DNA of 64,000 nucleotides from Eledone cirrhosa (GCA_964016885.1 CAXHJY010001131.1:20714-84713), one strand, 5' to 3'. Positions 29,502-46,705 are shown, numbered from the stretch's first letter. Notes: a model not told the origin generated them from the letters alone. A program made the numbers and translations.

Positions 29502-29607
29502 TATATTTATATATATATATATATATTAATATATATATATATATATATAAATATATTTATATATAAATATATTTATATATATATAAATATATATATATAA
29601 ATATATT

Positions 29608-29680
<73 letters not shown>

Positions 29681-30234
29681 ATATATGTATATATATATGT
29701 ATGTATATATATATGTAGTTATATGTATGCATGTATGTATATGTATGTATATGTATGTGTGTGTATGTAAGTATATCTATATACAGGTATATGTATGTAT
29801 GTATATATATGTATATATATATACATACATATATATAAATGTATATATATATATATATATAATATATATATATGACATGACTATTTGGTGTATTCATATA
29901 TACATACATATAAACATATAAATATATGTATATATGTATATATATGAATACACCAAATAGTCATAGTCGCGTCGTATATATCAAATATCATACATATATT
30001 AACATACATATGAATAATAATCCTAATCCTAAACCTGGTCATAATTATAGTCACAGTCATAGTCATAATTATAATTATAAATATAATCACAATCATAACC
30101 AATCATAATATGAAAGAAGTTTCTTTAAAGTAGATATGTCCTGATACACAACAGACATACATAACATAACTAAATACATTCACACAAAAAAGCAAACACA
30201 TACACACATATATACATATCTATACATATATATA

Positions 30235-30272
<38 letters not shown>

Positions 30273-30289
30273 GACATATACAAATATAT

Positions 30290-30475
30290 AATTGTTTCTA
30301 CTTTTGGCACAAGGCCAGCAATTATCCAGTACATTACTGGTACTTTATTTTATCGACCCCGTAAGGATGAAAGGCAAAGTTGACCTCGGCGGGATTTGAA
30401 CTCAGAATGGAAAGGGCCGTAACTCTATGCGTCAAAGCATATCGTCCGACCCTCTACCGATACTGCCAATCCACC
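30290..30475 (-). mobile_element. S1 SINE
   Basis: Full-length match. Confidence 0.87.
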
Positions 30476-30610
30476 ATATACAAATATATAATCATACCTA
30501 TACATATCTATACATACATACATATATATATATACATATATATACAAATACATATATATACATACCTATACATATATATATGTATATATACATATATATA
30601 TATACATATA

Positions 30611-30694
<84 letters not shown>

Positions 30695-30716
30695 GTCGTT
30701 TCGATAGCTAGATCCG

Positions 30717-30806
<90 letters not shown>

Positions 30807-30888
30807 CATATATACATACATATATATATATACATACATATATATATATACATACATATATATATACATACATATATATATACATACA

Positions 30889-30929
<41 letters not shown>

Positions 30930-31319
30930 ACATACATATATATATATACATACATATATATATACCTACATATATATATACATACATATATATATACATA
31001 CATATATATATATACATACATATATATACACTATATTTGATGACCCTTTGGATAAACGGGTGAAACTCCAGAGTAATAATCGTATAGAGAATTCACCTGT
31101 CTCCATGACTCTCTAACTATCTAACCCCCCTCTTTCTCTCTCTTCTCTCTCCCTCCCTCCCTCTCTCTCTCCCTCTTTCTCTCTCTCTCTTTCTCTCCCT
31201 TTCTCTCTCTCTCCCTCTCTCTCTCTAACTCTCTCGGCCAGTATTGGCCCAGGCCATTTCTAACTTAGTATATAGATAAACACTTACATACTTACATACA
31301 AGCATACACACGCACACAG

Positions 31320-31356
<37 letters not shown>

Positions 31357-31685
31357 AACATCCATAGATAGATAGATACATACATACATATACATAGGCA
31401 CTTATTGAAAAATCGAAAGTGATTCATCAACAACAATAATCGATGTAATTGGGGGTATGGGGTGGGGGGTAAGGGTGGAACGGACCAAACTTTCTTCCTC
31501 TTTATTCAGCAATAGTCTACATACCGAAAAATACCAGGTGAGTTACCGTTGTTAACATTCTTTTGCTCTGTGTTGTTATTATTATTTATTGTAAACCCCC
31601 ACTGTCCCTGTCTTTGTATTGTCCCCTACATGTCGGCCCTTGTGGCTAATAAATGAAATCATTATTATTATTATTACCCATATTG

Positions 31686-32355
31686 GGGCGGTGGATTGGC
31701 AGAATCGGTAGAACGTCGGACACCTTGCTTTGTGGCATAGAGTTACGGCCCTTTACATTCTGAGTTCGAATCCCTTAGAAGTTAGCTTTGCCTTTCATCC
31801 TCACGTGTCGATGATATAAAGCACCAGTAATGCACTGGGGTCGATTTAATCGATTTTCCCCTCCCCAAACATTTGCTGGTCTTGTGCCTATATAAGAAAC
31901 CATTATCTGAGTTCAAATCCCGCCGAGGTTGACTTTGCCTTTCATCCTTACGGGGTCGATAAAATAAAGTACCAGTAATGCACTGGGGTAATTTGTTGGC
32001 CTTGTGCCTAAAATAGAAACAAGTATTATTATCTATATTAGGTCGGTGGATTGGTAGAATCGTTGGAGCGTCGGACAAAATACTTTGCAGTATTTAGTTA
32101 TCACTCTTTACGATCTGAGTTCAAATCCCCCCGAAGTTAGCTTTGGATTTCATCCTTACGGGGGTCGATATTATAAAGTAACAGTAAGGCCAGCAATTTT
32201 GGAGGAAGCGAAAATCGTTTAAATAGACCCCAGTGCGTGACTGGTACTTTATGTGATCAACCACGTAAGGATGAAAGAAAAAGCTAACTTCGGCGGGAAT
32301 TGAACTCACAACTTAAAGGGCCGTAACTATATGCCGAAAATGTTGTCCGACGCTT
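31686..32355. mobile_element. Cluster of four S1 SINE copies (three +, one -)
   Basis: Repeated B-box/core motifs at about 31760, 31910 and 32118, inverted at about 32240-32310. Further old copies at 33325-33620, 38900-39050, 41350-41515, 42800-43092, 43675-43845 and 44450-44605. Confidence 0.8.
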
Positions 32356-32443
32356 AATGAATTAGTTTCATATCAAGAAGATTGTATTCCCTAACAGGTG
32401 CGATGCAAAAAAAAAAAAATATTTCGGGATTTTATCACCTGTA

Positions 32444-32546
<103 letters not shown>

Positions 32547-32677
32547 GAATCTGGAACTAGCTGTTGTAACGGCATATTTTGTATTTTTGTATTTGTACTT
32601 CACATATACTTCACACGAGTACACATACACACACAAAGTTTATATATATATATATAAGCAAACAATATTCTACACGA

Positions 32678-32752
32678 AATATATTAGTTTAACGCTTGAT
32701 ATAGTAGGAAAAGTGTCTTTAGGTTTCGGGCACTAGTCCTTCATCTGGAGAT
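32678..32752 (-). mobile_element. Family H4 fragment, degenerate hammerhead
   Basis: Minus strand CAGATGA-AGGAC-TAGT-GCCC-GAAAC. Shares ATATTAGTTTAACG with the 22810 copy. Confidence 0.5.
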
Positions 32753-32838
32753 AGAAGAATGAGAAATATAAAATGAAACAGAAAGGAGAAAGGAATACAA
32801 AACTTTTTTTTTTTTAGAAAAAAACAAGTGTGTATTCA

Positions 32839-32890
<52 letters not shown>

Positions 32891-33981
32891 ATGTATGTAT
32901 ATTTGTATGTATGTATGTATATATATATATTTGTATGTATATATGTATCTATGTGTGCGTGTGTGTGTGTGTGTATTGTGGGGGAGTGGGCCGCCGGCTT
33001 AATGTTTAGAGTGTTGGACTTACAATTGTAATGCCGCTTGTTCGATACTTGGACAGGATGGCCCCTTATGTAAATTAAGGAAAACACTTCATTTCATGTT
33101 GTTCCAATCTACCACCGGTTTTTCTGGAGCCCCGCTATGACCCTTTAAATACCAACCCACCTACCAAAAATCATAAAATGGCCCTTAGTTCTATGAAACA
33201 TAACCAGCCATTATAAAGAGCCTCCTAGTTAATTTTAACTCTTCCAAAATAATTATATCAAAGAATCATTTGTGAAATTATGTTATAAATACCATCATCT
33301 CAATAAAGGTTTCTGGGTTAGTGAAGTAGGCACAAGGCCATCAATGTCAGTGTTGGGCTGAAAGGTGATTATATTGACCCTAGTGCTTTACTGGTACTTT
33401 AATTGTTCGACCCCTTAAGGATGAAAAGCAGAGTTAACATTGGCGGGATTTGAGCCCACATAAATACCAACTTAATAATGATTTCTACTATAGGCAAAAT
33501 GCCAGTAATTTGGGGAGGGGAAAGTCGATTAAATCGACCCCAGTGCGTTACTGTATTTTATTTTCTCGACCCCTTAAGGATGAAAAGCAAAGCTAATCTT
33601 GGCAGGATTTAAGCCCACATAAATACCAATTTAATAATAAAATAATTAACATTTTTTGTGAATCACTCTAAATCTATAAATTAATTAAATGAAATAGATT
33701 ATATGTCATTAGGAATATGGCCATAGAAGAGTTAAGGGAACTTTAAGGGATCATGTGCCACGTGCGTTTGTATGTTTCACTATTTAAACGCACGTGCATG
33801 CATTTGTGTGTCTGTGTGTTCGTATGGCAAAGTGTTTGTGTGTGTGTTTGCAGTGGGTGACATTCATAGATGTATTTAGGCGTGCATGGTCTACAGAGAT
33901 ACAGATATTCAAAAAGTCATACATCTATCTACACACACACACACATTCTCACATATGTGTGTGTGTGTGTATGTGTATATA

Positions 33982-34291
<310 letters not shown>

Positions 34292-34433
34292 ATATATTAT
34301 AGGCGATTATAGTGGAGTATTCCACTATAATGTTTGATAAGGCATATTTATATATATATATATATATAAAGCGTTTAACTAATATACTTCTCCAACGTAC
34401 TGTATTGTTTGCTTTGTTGTGGAGTTTACTTTT

Positions 34434-34478
<45 letters not shown>

Positions 34479-34522
34479 TATATATATATATATATTATAT
34501 ATATATATACCTATTATATATA

Positions 34523-34584
<62 letters not shown>

Positions 34585-34615
34585 TATATATATATATATA
34601 TACCTATTATATATA

Positions 34616-34700
<85 letters not shown>

Positions 34701-34770
34701 ATATATATATATATGTAGATATATATATTTATTTACATATATGTATATATATATATATATATTTAGATAC

Positions 34771-34802
<32 letters not shown>

Positions 34803-35429
34803 ATATATATACATATATATATATATATACAACATACATATAAACAAACATACATACGTACAAACATACATACTTACATATACCTAAGCCTGTTTGTATG
34901 TAATCTGCACACGCTTTATCTGTTCCCATTTTCAAGAATCTGATAGAGGAACTCTATATCATTATGTGCCACGTGTTTCCCTGTACACTCTTCTGTCTAT
35001 ATATAAATATATATATATATATGTGTGTGTGTGTCTTTGTTTATACAATGCGAGTACAGTGCAGTATGCGAGCAGTAAGTGATATGCAAAAATGCATGTA
35101 TTTAGGTGGGTATGCACCATTACTTGCATCATCCATTATAGTTAGGTCATGAGGCATACAAGAGCCAGTCTATTAATTTGACAGCACCATTTTGTAGAAA
35201 CTCATAAGAAACTTAATAAATAGTTTAGTGGTTGATAGAAATATAAAAATACATATAACACTATAGCTTGAGAAATGTAAGATTTTGTCTAACTTCACCC
35301 TCCACCATCTTCCTTCCTATGTTTGGATAATGACTTAATGTAAACTACTTAGAGTAAGGAGTAGTAATTTTTAAACACACATATGCAAACATACAGATAT
35401 ATAGATATCTGTGTGTATGCATTTATATA

Positions 35430-35490
<61 letters not shown>

Positions 35491-35500
35491 GCATATACTT

Positions 35501-35534
<34 letters not shown>

Positions 35535-35583
35535 GTATGCATATACTTATATATATATATCATATATGTACACATATATATGC

Positions 35584-35705
<122 letters not shown>

Positions 35706-35873
35706 TATACTTCTATGCATATCATATATATATATTGTTATTATTTCTGGCAATATTATAACAATATATATATATACATATATATATATATGCATATGTA
35801 TATATATTCATATATGCATATATATCATATATACATATATATATATACATATATATGTATATATTTATATATG

Positions 35874-35920
<47 letters not shown>

Positions 35921-35978
35921 ATGTATATTTTAATATGATATATATATACATATATATATTCACGTAATATATACATAT

Positions 35979-36009
<31 letters not shown>

Positions 36010-36041
36010 CTATGAATATATATGTATATTATACACACAAG

Positions 36042-36196
<155 letters not shown>

Positions 36197-36302
36197 AGTG
36201 TGTGTATATCTATATATATACATATATACATATATATCCGTAGGAATCAGCACATATTGAATGGAAACAGGTTGACAGGTTAGTTGAAATATATATATAT
36301 AA

Positions 36303-36392
<90 letters not shown>

Positions 36393-36638
36393 TGTTAGAT
36401 ATATGTATTTAGATTCTTATCTATATGCAAATATATGCATCTAGGTAGTTATGCATGGTTGCATGCATATATGCATTTACATATTCATGTGTGCAACTAT
36501 GTATATTTGTATATACGGCTATGTATGTGTATGTTGAAGGATGTATGTAGTTATATACATATTTATATTTGACAATTAACATTGAATATACCACACACAC
36601 ACATAAATAATTGATATATATATACACACACACACACA

Positions 36639-36700
<62 letters not shown>

Positions 36701-36719
36701 CACATATTTATATATATAT

Positions 36720-36754
<35 letters not shown>

Positions 36755-37009
36755 CATAAATACACATATTTATATATATATATATATATAATATGTATAT
36801 AGACATATGCACACATATATATATATATATATATAAATACATATGCATAGATATACATATATATATACATACATATATATATATACATATGCATACATAT
36901 ACATACATATATTTATATATATATATGTGTTTATGTATGTATGTATCTATATATATATATATATACATATATATACGTTTATATATATATATATATATAT
37001 ATACATATG

Positions 37010-37079
<70 letters not shown>

Positions 37080-37089
37080 CATATGTATA

Positions 37090-37305
<216 letters not shown>

Positions 37306-37620
37306 CATACATGCATATATATACACATACATGCAGGTACATTTATCATATATATTTACAATACACACTAGCTGTGCTTTCTTTAGTATCATACTGAAAC
37401 TTATTAATGTTCAAATGTAACAAATTCCTTTAAGACTTTCTTCATGAACCATCAACATCCGACTCAATTTCCGACAGAAGCAATTCTTTACTTGAGATGG
37501 TTATTGTCTCCAAAGTATGAAACCTGGTGGAACTACGTTAGACATGGCTTGGGTCAATATTAGCCGAATCCTCACAAAGTTATCGTAGTTATATACATAC
37601 TTACTTACATACATACATAC

Positions 37621-38232
37621 GTGGCGGCTGCCAACTCGTTTTCGAGTACGTCCACTACTTTATGTCCATGTAGGAGAACCCCTACCGATGCGCTGAACGA
37701 GTGTGACTTTTTAGTCCAGCCAGTGACTTGAAAACTCTGGTAGAAACACTACACTTGTGACAATTATTGACACATAGTGCTGGGCCCATGGTACCATGTG
37801 ACGACAAGTGCAGAGAGATCTCCAGATATAAAGCAATGCCTGTGCCGTGAAGCTTTTATAGTGAGCAAAGGCACTGCACAAAGCCAGTGCCACTCTCTTA
37901 ACCAAGATGATATTTACCAAAAAGAAGAACAAGTCAACATCATTGGATACCATCAGGGTTGCAGGTGTTATATCAGAGTTTTCCTTCTCTTAGAATTCTG
38001 CCTTGACAAAGGCTAAGGAGTCATCTCTCCCGGTGATTTTGGATGGCCATTGACTCTTAAGAGCTCCTCTGCCCTTTGACAGGTTTTGTTTTTAGTCCTG
38101 CAGGGTGTCCAAAGTCACCCTCCTCACCAAGAAACCTTGGTGGGGTTGCCAGTTTAGTCGCCAACGACCCGACCATGAGACAGGTTGTACTGGGATACAT
38201 GTTACCAGTAGCACCAACTGGTGACCTGACCT
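37621..38232 (-). mobile_element. Internally deleted RTE-like element (5'UTR-like part + 3' end)
   Basis: 37621-37903 is the reverse complement of 19290-19570. The upstream part has the GAGAAGGAAAACTCTG motif I associate with RTE 5'UTRs. (TACA)n on both sides. Confidence 0.6.
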
Positions 38233-38440
38233 AATATACATACATACATACATACATACATACATACATACATACATACATACATACATACATGCATACA
38301 TACATACATACATACATACAAACACACACACTTACATACAGACCTTCACTCATTAATACATATATATATATATACACATACATCCATATACATATATATA
38401 CACCCCAAATCCTTTATAGTTGCTTTTCAACCCATATAAG

Positions 38441-38800
38441 TTCTTCTTCTTCTTCTTCTTCTTCTTCTTCTTCTTCTTCTTCTTCTTCTTCTTCTTCTTG
38501 TATATGAGTTGCAAATATATGATGCCCCCCAGGTGTAACCAGCACACTGTAGTCGGATTAAGGTGTGTGTGAGATCCATATTCTCTGTTGGGCGGAGATT
38601 TAGGCACTCACTTAGTATATCTTCAACAACAGTGTGCTTTGGCAATCCACACTGGAAAACTACTGATGGACACAGCCCCACTCCGTGGTGTCTGACTGCA
38701 GCTAATCGGCCGACACCTGTGCGAATCCGATTCAGAGACATCTACTCTTTCCGAGGGAGGTTAGCATGATTTGATACACCTCTTTACCTATCAGAGATGA
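38441..38800 (-). mobile_element. I-group (Vingi/Ingi-like) LINE 3' end with (GAA)n tail
   Basis: LNRIRTGVGR...GL..S...CG...T...IL.EC resembles the degraded C-terminal CCHC region. Confidence 0.6.
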
Positions 38801-39759
38801 TCGCAAACATTACCAACGAAGGTGTCATGCAAGGTGGTTCCTGTCAGTGCTGTTATTTTCATTTCGTTAAACCCCTTGTTACAATTGCTCACAATATATA
38901 ATGGTTTCTGATTCAGTCACAAGGTCAACAAATTTGCGGAAAGGGAAAGTCGATTAAACTGACCCCAGTGCGTTACTGATACTTTATTTTATCGATCCCG
39001 TAAGAATGAAAGGCAAAGCTAACTTAGGCGGGATTTAAAATCAGAATGTAAATGAAATATTCTGTGGGCTGAGTAAAAATGGCTGCTCGTAAAACGTAGA
39101 AAACTCGTGACTTCACTCGAAAACCTATACATTAACGTCTTGGTAATTTATCGTTAACATCAGGTGAAAACTACAACTATTTTGGATATATTTGAAATGT
39201 CTATTACAACGCCTATATTTGGTCTTCCGAACATGTTGCTACAAGAACTCAATGACTGGGATATAAAATCTCACTAAATTCTTCAATGTTACTGGAAATG
39301 TCAACGTCGATAGAGGTGTCTAAAGTCTGTCTTAAGCGAGAAGGTTCGTTAGGCAGGCGCTTATCTCGGTTTCATTGCGTGGAGCGACTGAGAGCACAAG
39401 ACTCCCCCCTGGATAGGGCACCAGTCCATCGCAGGGTTAAACCCCCAGCTATTGCTGGTACTCCTTTTCAGCTGAGCATACTGGGGCAATGTGAAATAAA
39501 GTGTTTTTCTCAAGAACACAACACACAACCCAGCCCAGGAATCGAACCCACGACATTATGATCGTAAGTCGAACACCATTACCACTAGGACGCGCATCTG
39601 CACAGAGATGTGCTGGGGTTATATTGCCATCACAAGGAGACATTCGTTGCCTTAAACCTGTGTTAACATTGAACCAGGTTGTAACACCGAGGAAACATCT
39701 TCAACAGGAGTGAAATGTCAGCAACCATCTCGTCTAAGTTTCGAGCATGAAAATAACAT

Positions 39760-40190
39760 TAAATTTTTCATTCTCTATAGGCTTTCGATCATAATTTTTA
39801 ACTCCTTCACACAGACTTTTTCTCCATAAGATCCTATCATAAGCAGCTGTTCTCCACTTGTTCAACACAACATCCAATATTGTTAAGTTGTTTTATATGT
39901 TGCCGCAAAATCATATATATGAGTGACATGCTGGTCTCGTCTCTACATTTAACTCTCCATTTAACAAATGTTTTGGCATTCTCTCATCCACGAGCCGAAC
40001 AACGTGTCCAACCTAACGTAAGCTACTTTCCGTAAAATGGCTTTCTATACTTACGCTCCTAGCACATTGAAACAGCGCTTTACCAGCAGTAAAACGTGTT
40101 CATTTCACTCCCAGAATCTGTCTAAAACAGTTCTAATGAAGTAACAATTACAAGTGGTTGCACCAAAGCGTTTTAATTGCTCTGCTTTGA
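39760..40190 (-). pseudogene. RTE/BovB LINE C-terminal fragment
   Basis: Minus-strand translation CFRQILGVK*...SLR*VGHVVRLVDERMPKHLLNGEL. Confidence 0.75.
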
Positions 40191-40199
40191 AGGGCGCTT

Positions 40200-41225
40200 C
40201 AAACTGTGAAGAAATGAAGAATACTATAGATTTACTGGAGTTTGAGGAAACATGAACAGATTTTAGATACAAGATTCACTGTGCATCTTGGGAAATGTTA
40301 GGGGGATTATATTCAAGAGAAGGGCATGGTTTTAAGAGAAGGATCCAATTAATGAACTCTTAGAATTAAATCGAGATGTAAGGGATTAACCTTTTGAAAG
40401 CTGGAAAGTTAGCTCAGATTTATAAAAGTATTTATAACTTCTTTTAACGATACTAAGAGATACATGCAAAGAGAAATAAGGGAAAATGAAGGACGACTGA
40501 CTGGTGGAGAGTTAAGTGATCAGAGATTCAGGAGGTAGTAAATAGAAAGGACGCACAACTTATGTACTGTTTGATAGGAGAAGTTTTGGGACCTCAAGTG
40601 TCTAAAGTTGGTAACCTCTGATGTCTAAAGTTGGGGACCTCTGATGTCTAAAGTTGGTAACATTTTTACGATGATTCAGCTGCTATAATAAAACAGTGGG
40701 AGGAACACTATAGAGATCTGTTCTATAACCTATCTTTGGTGGATATTACTATAATCAGGAATTTACCCCAATTTGATATTACCGAAAGATTGAACAATAT
40801 TCCATCTATGGAGGAATTTCATGTTGTATTAAGCCAGGAAAATGAAGGTAAAACTCCAGGTGCGGATGGAATACCTAAGAAGGTGCTGGTGGTTTGTGGA
40901 GATAGAATAAAGTAGTTGCTATATGGCATGTTTTTCAATTCGAAATGGTTCTTCTGTGCCGCAGGATTGAAAAGATGCAATTGTGGTCTTACTGCACAGG
41001 TAAAGCAAAAAAGATATTAGTGACCTCATCAGCGGTATTTCGTTGTTCGGCCACTGTGGCAATACATTTAGTAAGATTCTTCTGAATAGGTTAATGAAGC
41101 ACGTATTGCACAGGGATGCCAATGTGGGTTTCGTGTTGGGAGGGGACGGTTGACTTGATTTTCATAGCTCGTCAAATGCAAGAGAAATGTCTTCAGCAAC
41201 AGGTAAACCTTATTCAGGTATTCCA
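40200..41225 (+). pseudogene. Degraded RTE/BovB-type LINE reverse transcriptase
   Basis: Hand translation gives IIKQWEEHYRDLF...LPQ...PSMEE...GKTPGADGIP, KDAIVV, GISL, FSKILLNRL, GFRVGRGTVDLIFIARQMQEKC. Contains stops and frameshifts. Confidence 0.85.
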
Positions 41226-41561
41226 AAGTTGTTGCATGTGAGATATGAACTCGTGAGATTTTAACGCGGAACCACGTGAAATATTTACTAAACCTTTGTT
41301 TTCTATGTTTGTCTTTTTGTTGTTGTTGTTGTTGGCATTATTTATTTCATCGGTAGAACGTTGCGCGGCATAGAGTTATGTGCCTTTATGTTCTGAGTTC
41401 AAATCCCGTCGAGGTTAGCTTTGCTTTTCATCATTACGGGGTCTATAAAATAAAGTACCAGTAACACACTAGGGTTGATTTAATTGCTGGCTTTATGAAC
41501 AAATCAGAAGCCATTATTTAAAGTTATATATCTATAGGTATAGGGATGTGTGTATATAAAC

Positions 41562-41637
<76 letters not shown>

Positions 41638-41703
41638 GTTTATATACACACATGTATGAAGAATATATATATATATATATTCTTCATTTAACGTCTGCTT
41701 TCC

Positions 41704-41785
<82 letters not shown>

Positions 41786-41824
41786 TAGATATATATATAT
41801 AGATAGATATATATATATATATAG

Positions 41825-41985
<161 letters not shown>

Positions 41986-42028
41986 AATATATATATAAAT
42001 ATATATATATAAATATATATATATATAA

Positions 42029-42155
<127 letters not shown>

Positions 42156-42160
42156 GATAT

Positions 42161-42239
<79 letters not shown>

Positions 42240-42274
42240 AATATATATATATATAAATATATATATATATAAAT

Positions 42275-42359
<85 letters not shown>

Positions 42360-42361
<2 letters not shown>

Positions 42362-42534
42362 CAAAGGAAATGTGGTAGGAACCAGATGGACCATAACGCA
42401 CCAGAGTACTCAATACTTTGGGTAGTAGAGTAGGAAATAGGAAAAAGTATGACCCCGGCGGCAGAGCTCAAGCCGTTTAGTCCAGAAATAGCCGTCGAAA
42501 CGGCTTGAGCTCTGCCGTCGGGGCCATACTTTTT

Positions 42535-42538
<4 letters not shown>
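42360..42538. mobile_element. Family H3 element
   Basis: Same family, GGCAGAGC subtype, (TA)n flanks. Confidence 0.82.
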
Positions 42539-42573
<35 letters not shown>

Positions 42574-43139
42574 AGAGAAGGAGGGAGGGGGAGAGAGGGC
42601 GATATTAATAATTAAGAAAATTAATCAATTAAATCTATTATTCCCATTAATATTTACTTCATACTTAAAGAAAATAGAGTATTGATATTATTAAAAGCTT
42701 CACATTCCCTCCGGTTTAAGCTTGGCCGTAGGGCATATCATCTCTATAATGATGATTGCTATTCTAACCACGCGACCTGCTTTTTGTAGGGCGGGAGTAA
42801 GTCATTTATATGGACCTCAGAAGGATGAAAGAAAATGTTGAGTTCGTTGGGACTAGAAATCAAAATTAAAAGGGCCGGGACAAATACTACATAACATTTT
42901 ACCCAACGCTCTACCGATCCTGCTAATCCAGCGCCCTTATCATCTATATAATGCATTCTAATTTAGGAACAAAGCTGACAATTTGAGGAGAGGGGAAGTC
43001 AATTAAATCTACCCTAGTGCATTACTGGTACTCTATTTTACGACCCCCGTAAGGATGAAAGGCAAAACTAACCTCGCCGTGATTTGAACTCACTTATCAG
43101 CTATCTAATGCTAATAATTATAACTATATATATATGTGT

Positions 43140-43183
<44 letters not shown>

Positions 43184-43892
43184 CTCTGTGTATCTGTGTG
43201 TATGTGTCTGTGTGTGCGTGTGTGTGTATGTGTGTTTTTAAGTGTATGTGTGTTTTAGAGTAAGGTGTAAATATTCAGGTAATAAAATCGAATAAGGAAA
43301 GAGAGAGAGGTGAGATTGATTGCAATGAAGGGAAGAAGTACGAGAAACCAGAGATTATATTACCTTGGAAATATTTTTTTAATCCCAATAAATTTCAAAT
43401 ACATTGTCCATTTTCAAGGGAGTTACTGACAACCTCAGCGTCTACCGGAGACGACCTTTCTAGACCTTTGTGTGGCATGCGTTGAGGTTATGAATGGGTT
43501 CTGTGCGCTTGTTAAGCGGTAGGGTTTTAGTCGCGTCTCTTTAGGCTACGGGGGTTGAAAGTATTAGCAGGTAGGCAGTGTTGTCCATCCATGATTGCCG
43601 GGGTTCTGGTTTCATAATTTGAATTCTACCCGTCTATTAAGCAGGAACATGGACCCTAGTCATAATCTCAAGATAAGCCAAATCGGTAGAGCACCAGACA
43701 AATGTTTTGTGGTATTTGTTCCGCCTTTTTACGTACTGGGTTCAAATCTTGGTGAGGTTAACATTGCCTTTCATTATTCTACGGTGGATAAAATAAAGTA
43801 CCAGTCAGATACTGGGGCCAAGATAATTGACATTCTGCCCCCAAAGTGTCTACCCATGTACCCATGTGTTTATGTTAGTATTGTATTTGCTA

Positions 43893-43923
<31 letters not shown>

Positions 43924-44000
43924 ATACATGTGTGTGTACATATATGTAAATATATATATATATATACATGTGTGTGTGTACATATATGTAAATATATATG

Positions 44001-44031
<31 letters not shown>

Positions 44032-44075
44032 AAAAGAAATCAAAGAACGCCTACATACTCATACAATTTTTATTT

Positions 44076-44120
44076 GCTGACAATGTTTCATCCATACCAT
44101 TGGGCAGGAATCATCAGAGC
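44076..44120 (-). ncRNA. Type I hammerhead ribozyme (family H5)
   Basis: GCU-CUGAUGA-U-UCC-UGCC-CAAU-GGUA-U-GGA-U-GAA-AC-AUU-GU-C^AGC, followed by AAUAAA and GUAUGAGUA. Lies between microsatellites (element about 44032-44125). Confidence 0.7.
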
Positions 44121-44179
44121 TTTATAAACGTAAATATATATATATATATATATATAGGTGTGTGTATACTTATACATAC

Positions 44180-44220
<41 letters not shown>

Positions 44221-45789
44221 GCTTATATATATTCTACAATTGCACGTGTTATGCCTGATTGCATACATCTCAATATTTTGACGCTTTGCAATCTACTAAT
44301 CCTGCATTAATAGTGAAATACGGTGTTTCTTGGGAGTTTAAAGCCTGCCGGACCCTATCTTCTCTCAAGGTTTGAATACAGCAGATTCATTTTCGAGAGA
44401 AGGATAGAGAGAATGAGAGAGAGGAAATGAGAAAGAGATATAGAGGAAGAATCGACCCCGGTACTAGACTGGTACTTTTTTTTATTGAGCTCGAAAGGAT
44501 AAAAGGCAAAGTTGACCTCGGCGAGATTTGAACTCGGTGAGCAGAGAGTCTGAACGAGTACAGAAAAGCAGTCTACCAGATGTTCTAACGACTCTGCCAA
44601 TCCCTCGCCTACACACGTATATATCCATACATATACATACACCAACATCCATACCCCCCACACACACACATACACACACAAACACATACACACACACCAC
44701 ACACATCAGTCTTATAAACACGCCCACACCTAAACAGAGAAAGACAAACACAAATGTTCAACTGTCATACAAACTGTGTCGAACACACAGACAAACAGAT
44801 ATTCATCATATCCACACACACACTCATTCACACACACACATACATAATATATACATACATACATTACATACATACATACACACACATATACTGACTCATA
44901 GACATACAGACATATACACACATACACAAACATATACACATACGCACACATACACACACGTATATACACACACGTACATACACACACACACGTACATACA
45001 CATACATACATACACACACGTACATAATGACTCATAGACATACATACATACACATTTAGATACACATACACATAGACACGTATATAAACATGCACACACA
45101 CACACACACTTCTTGAAACATACACATACATACATATATACATACATACAAACACATACATACATGTACACGTACTCACGTACATACACATGTACGCGTA
45201 TGGATGCATACACACACACACACAGATAGGACATACACGCACATAAACATATACGTGCACAGCCGTACACACACACACATGCACACATACAAATACATAC
45301 ACGCTCACTGACATACACAGACTTACATACACTCGCTCATACATGCATAAAAGTATATATACACACACATATATACACACATGTATATACGCGTGCACAC
45401 ACAGAGACCACACACACACACACACACAAAAACACATACACATGCACGCTCAGAGACACATACACACACACTCACATATACAGGCTCATACATATATAGA
45501 TATGAATGGTCAAAAACGGACGCACACACATACATACATATGCACACTCACAGATCACACACACACAGGCACAAACACGCAGACACATGCATGCGCAGAG
45601 GCTCATACACACGCTTGTCCGTACACACACACACGCGCACACATGCACATGCTCATACATATCTAAACATGTACGCACTAAAGCCTACCCACACGCACAC
45701 ACACATATACGGACATTCAATGACCAAACTCACACATGCACAAAAACACATACACATACACATGCACAGACTCATACACACGCTCGCTT

Positions 45790-45823
<34 letters not shown>

Positions 45824-45886
45824 CATCCTTATACATATCTAAACATGCACACTCAAAAACGTACACACACACACATATATACACAT

Positions 45887-45931
<45 letters not shown>

Positions 45932-45989
45932 CACACATAAACAAACATACATGTGCACGCACTCACTCATGCACATACTCGTCCGAACA

Positions 45990-46029
<40 letters not shown>

Positions 46030-46267
46030 ACACACATACATACACATAAACACACATACACGTGCACGTTCATACACATGCACATCCCCGTCCGAACACA
46101 CACACACACACACACACACATACACACACATACACATAAACACACATACACGTGCACGTGCATACACATGCACATCCCCGTCCGGAGACACACACGCACA
46201 GACACACACACATACACACGCACATACACGTGCACGTGCATACACATGCACATACCCCTCCGGTCAT

Positions 46268-46304
<37 letters not shown>

Positions 46305-46705
46305 GCACTACAATACACAGACTATAGCGAAAGTCCACGTAGTTTGACTCCCACTTTCAGAGAATCTGTTGTGAAACAGGCAGACCACACACACTTCATA
46401 TACACATATTTAGAGAGTGAGGCCGCCTGCTTTTATATTTACGGTCTCCGGTTTACGATCTTATAATTATGAGTTCGATTCCTGCAGCGTGTTTTATCCT
46501 TCAGCAAAATACTTTATCTTATATTGATCCAGTCTAGTCCGCTGGAAAACATGAGTTGTATATGTGATTCAAAGCATTCTATCCGATGTTCTAACGACTC
46601 TTGCCAATTCGCGGCCTGATATTTAATTTACCAACACCTAAAGGATAAAATACAAAGCTGAATCGAACTCAGAGTGCAGGGGACATGAACAAATGCAGAG
46701 TCATT

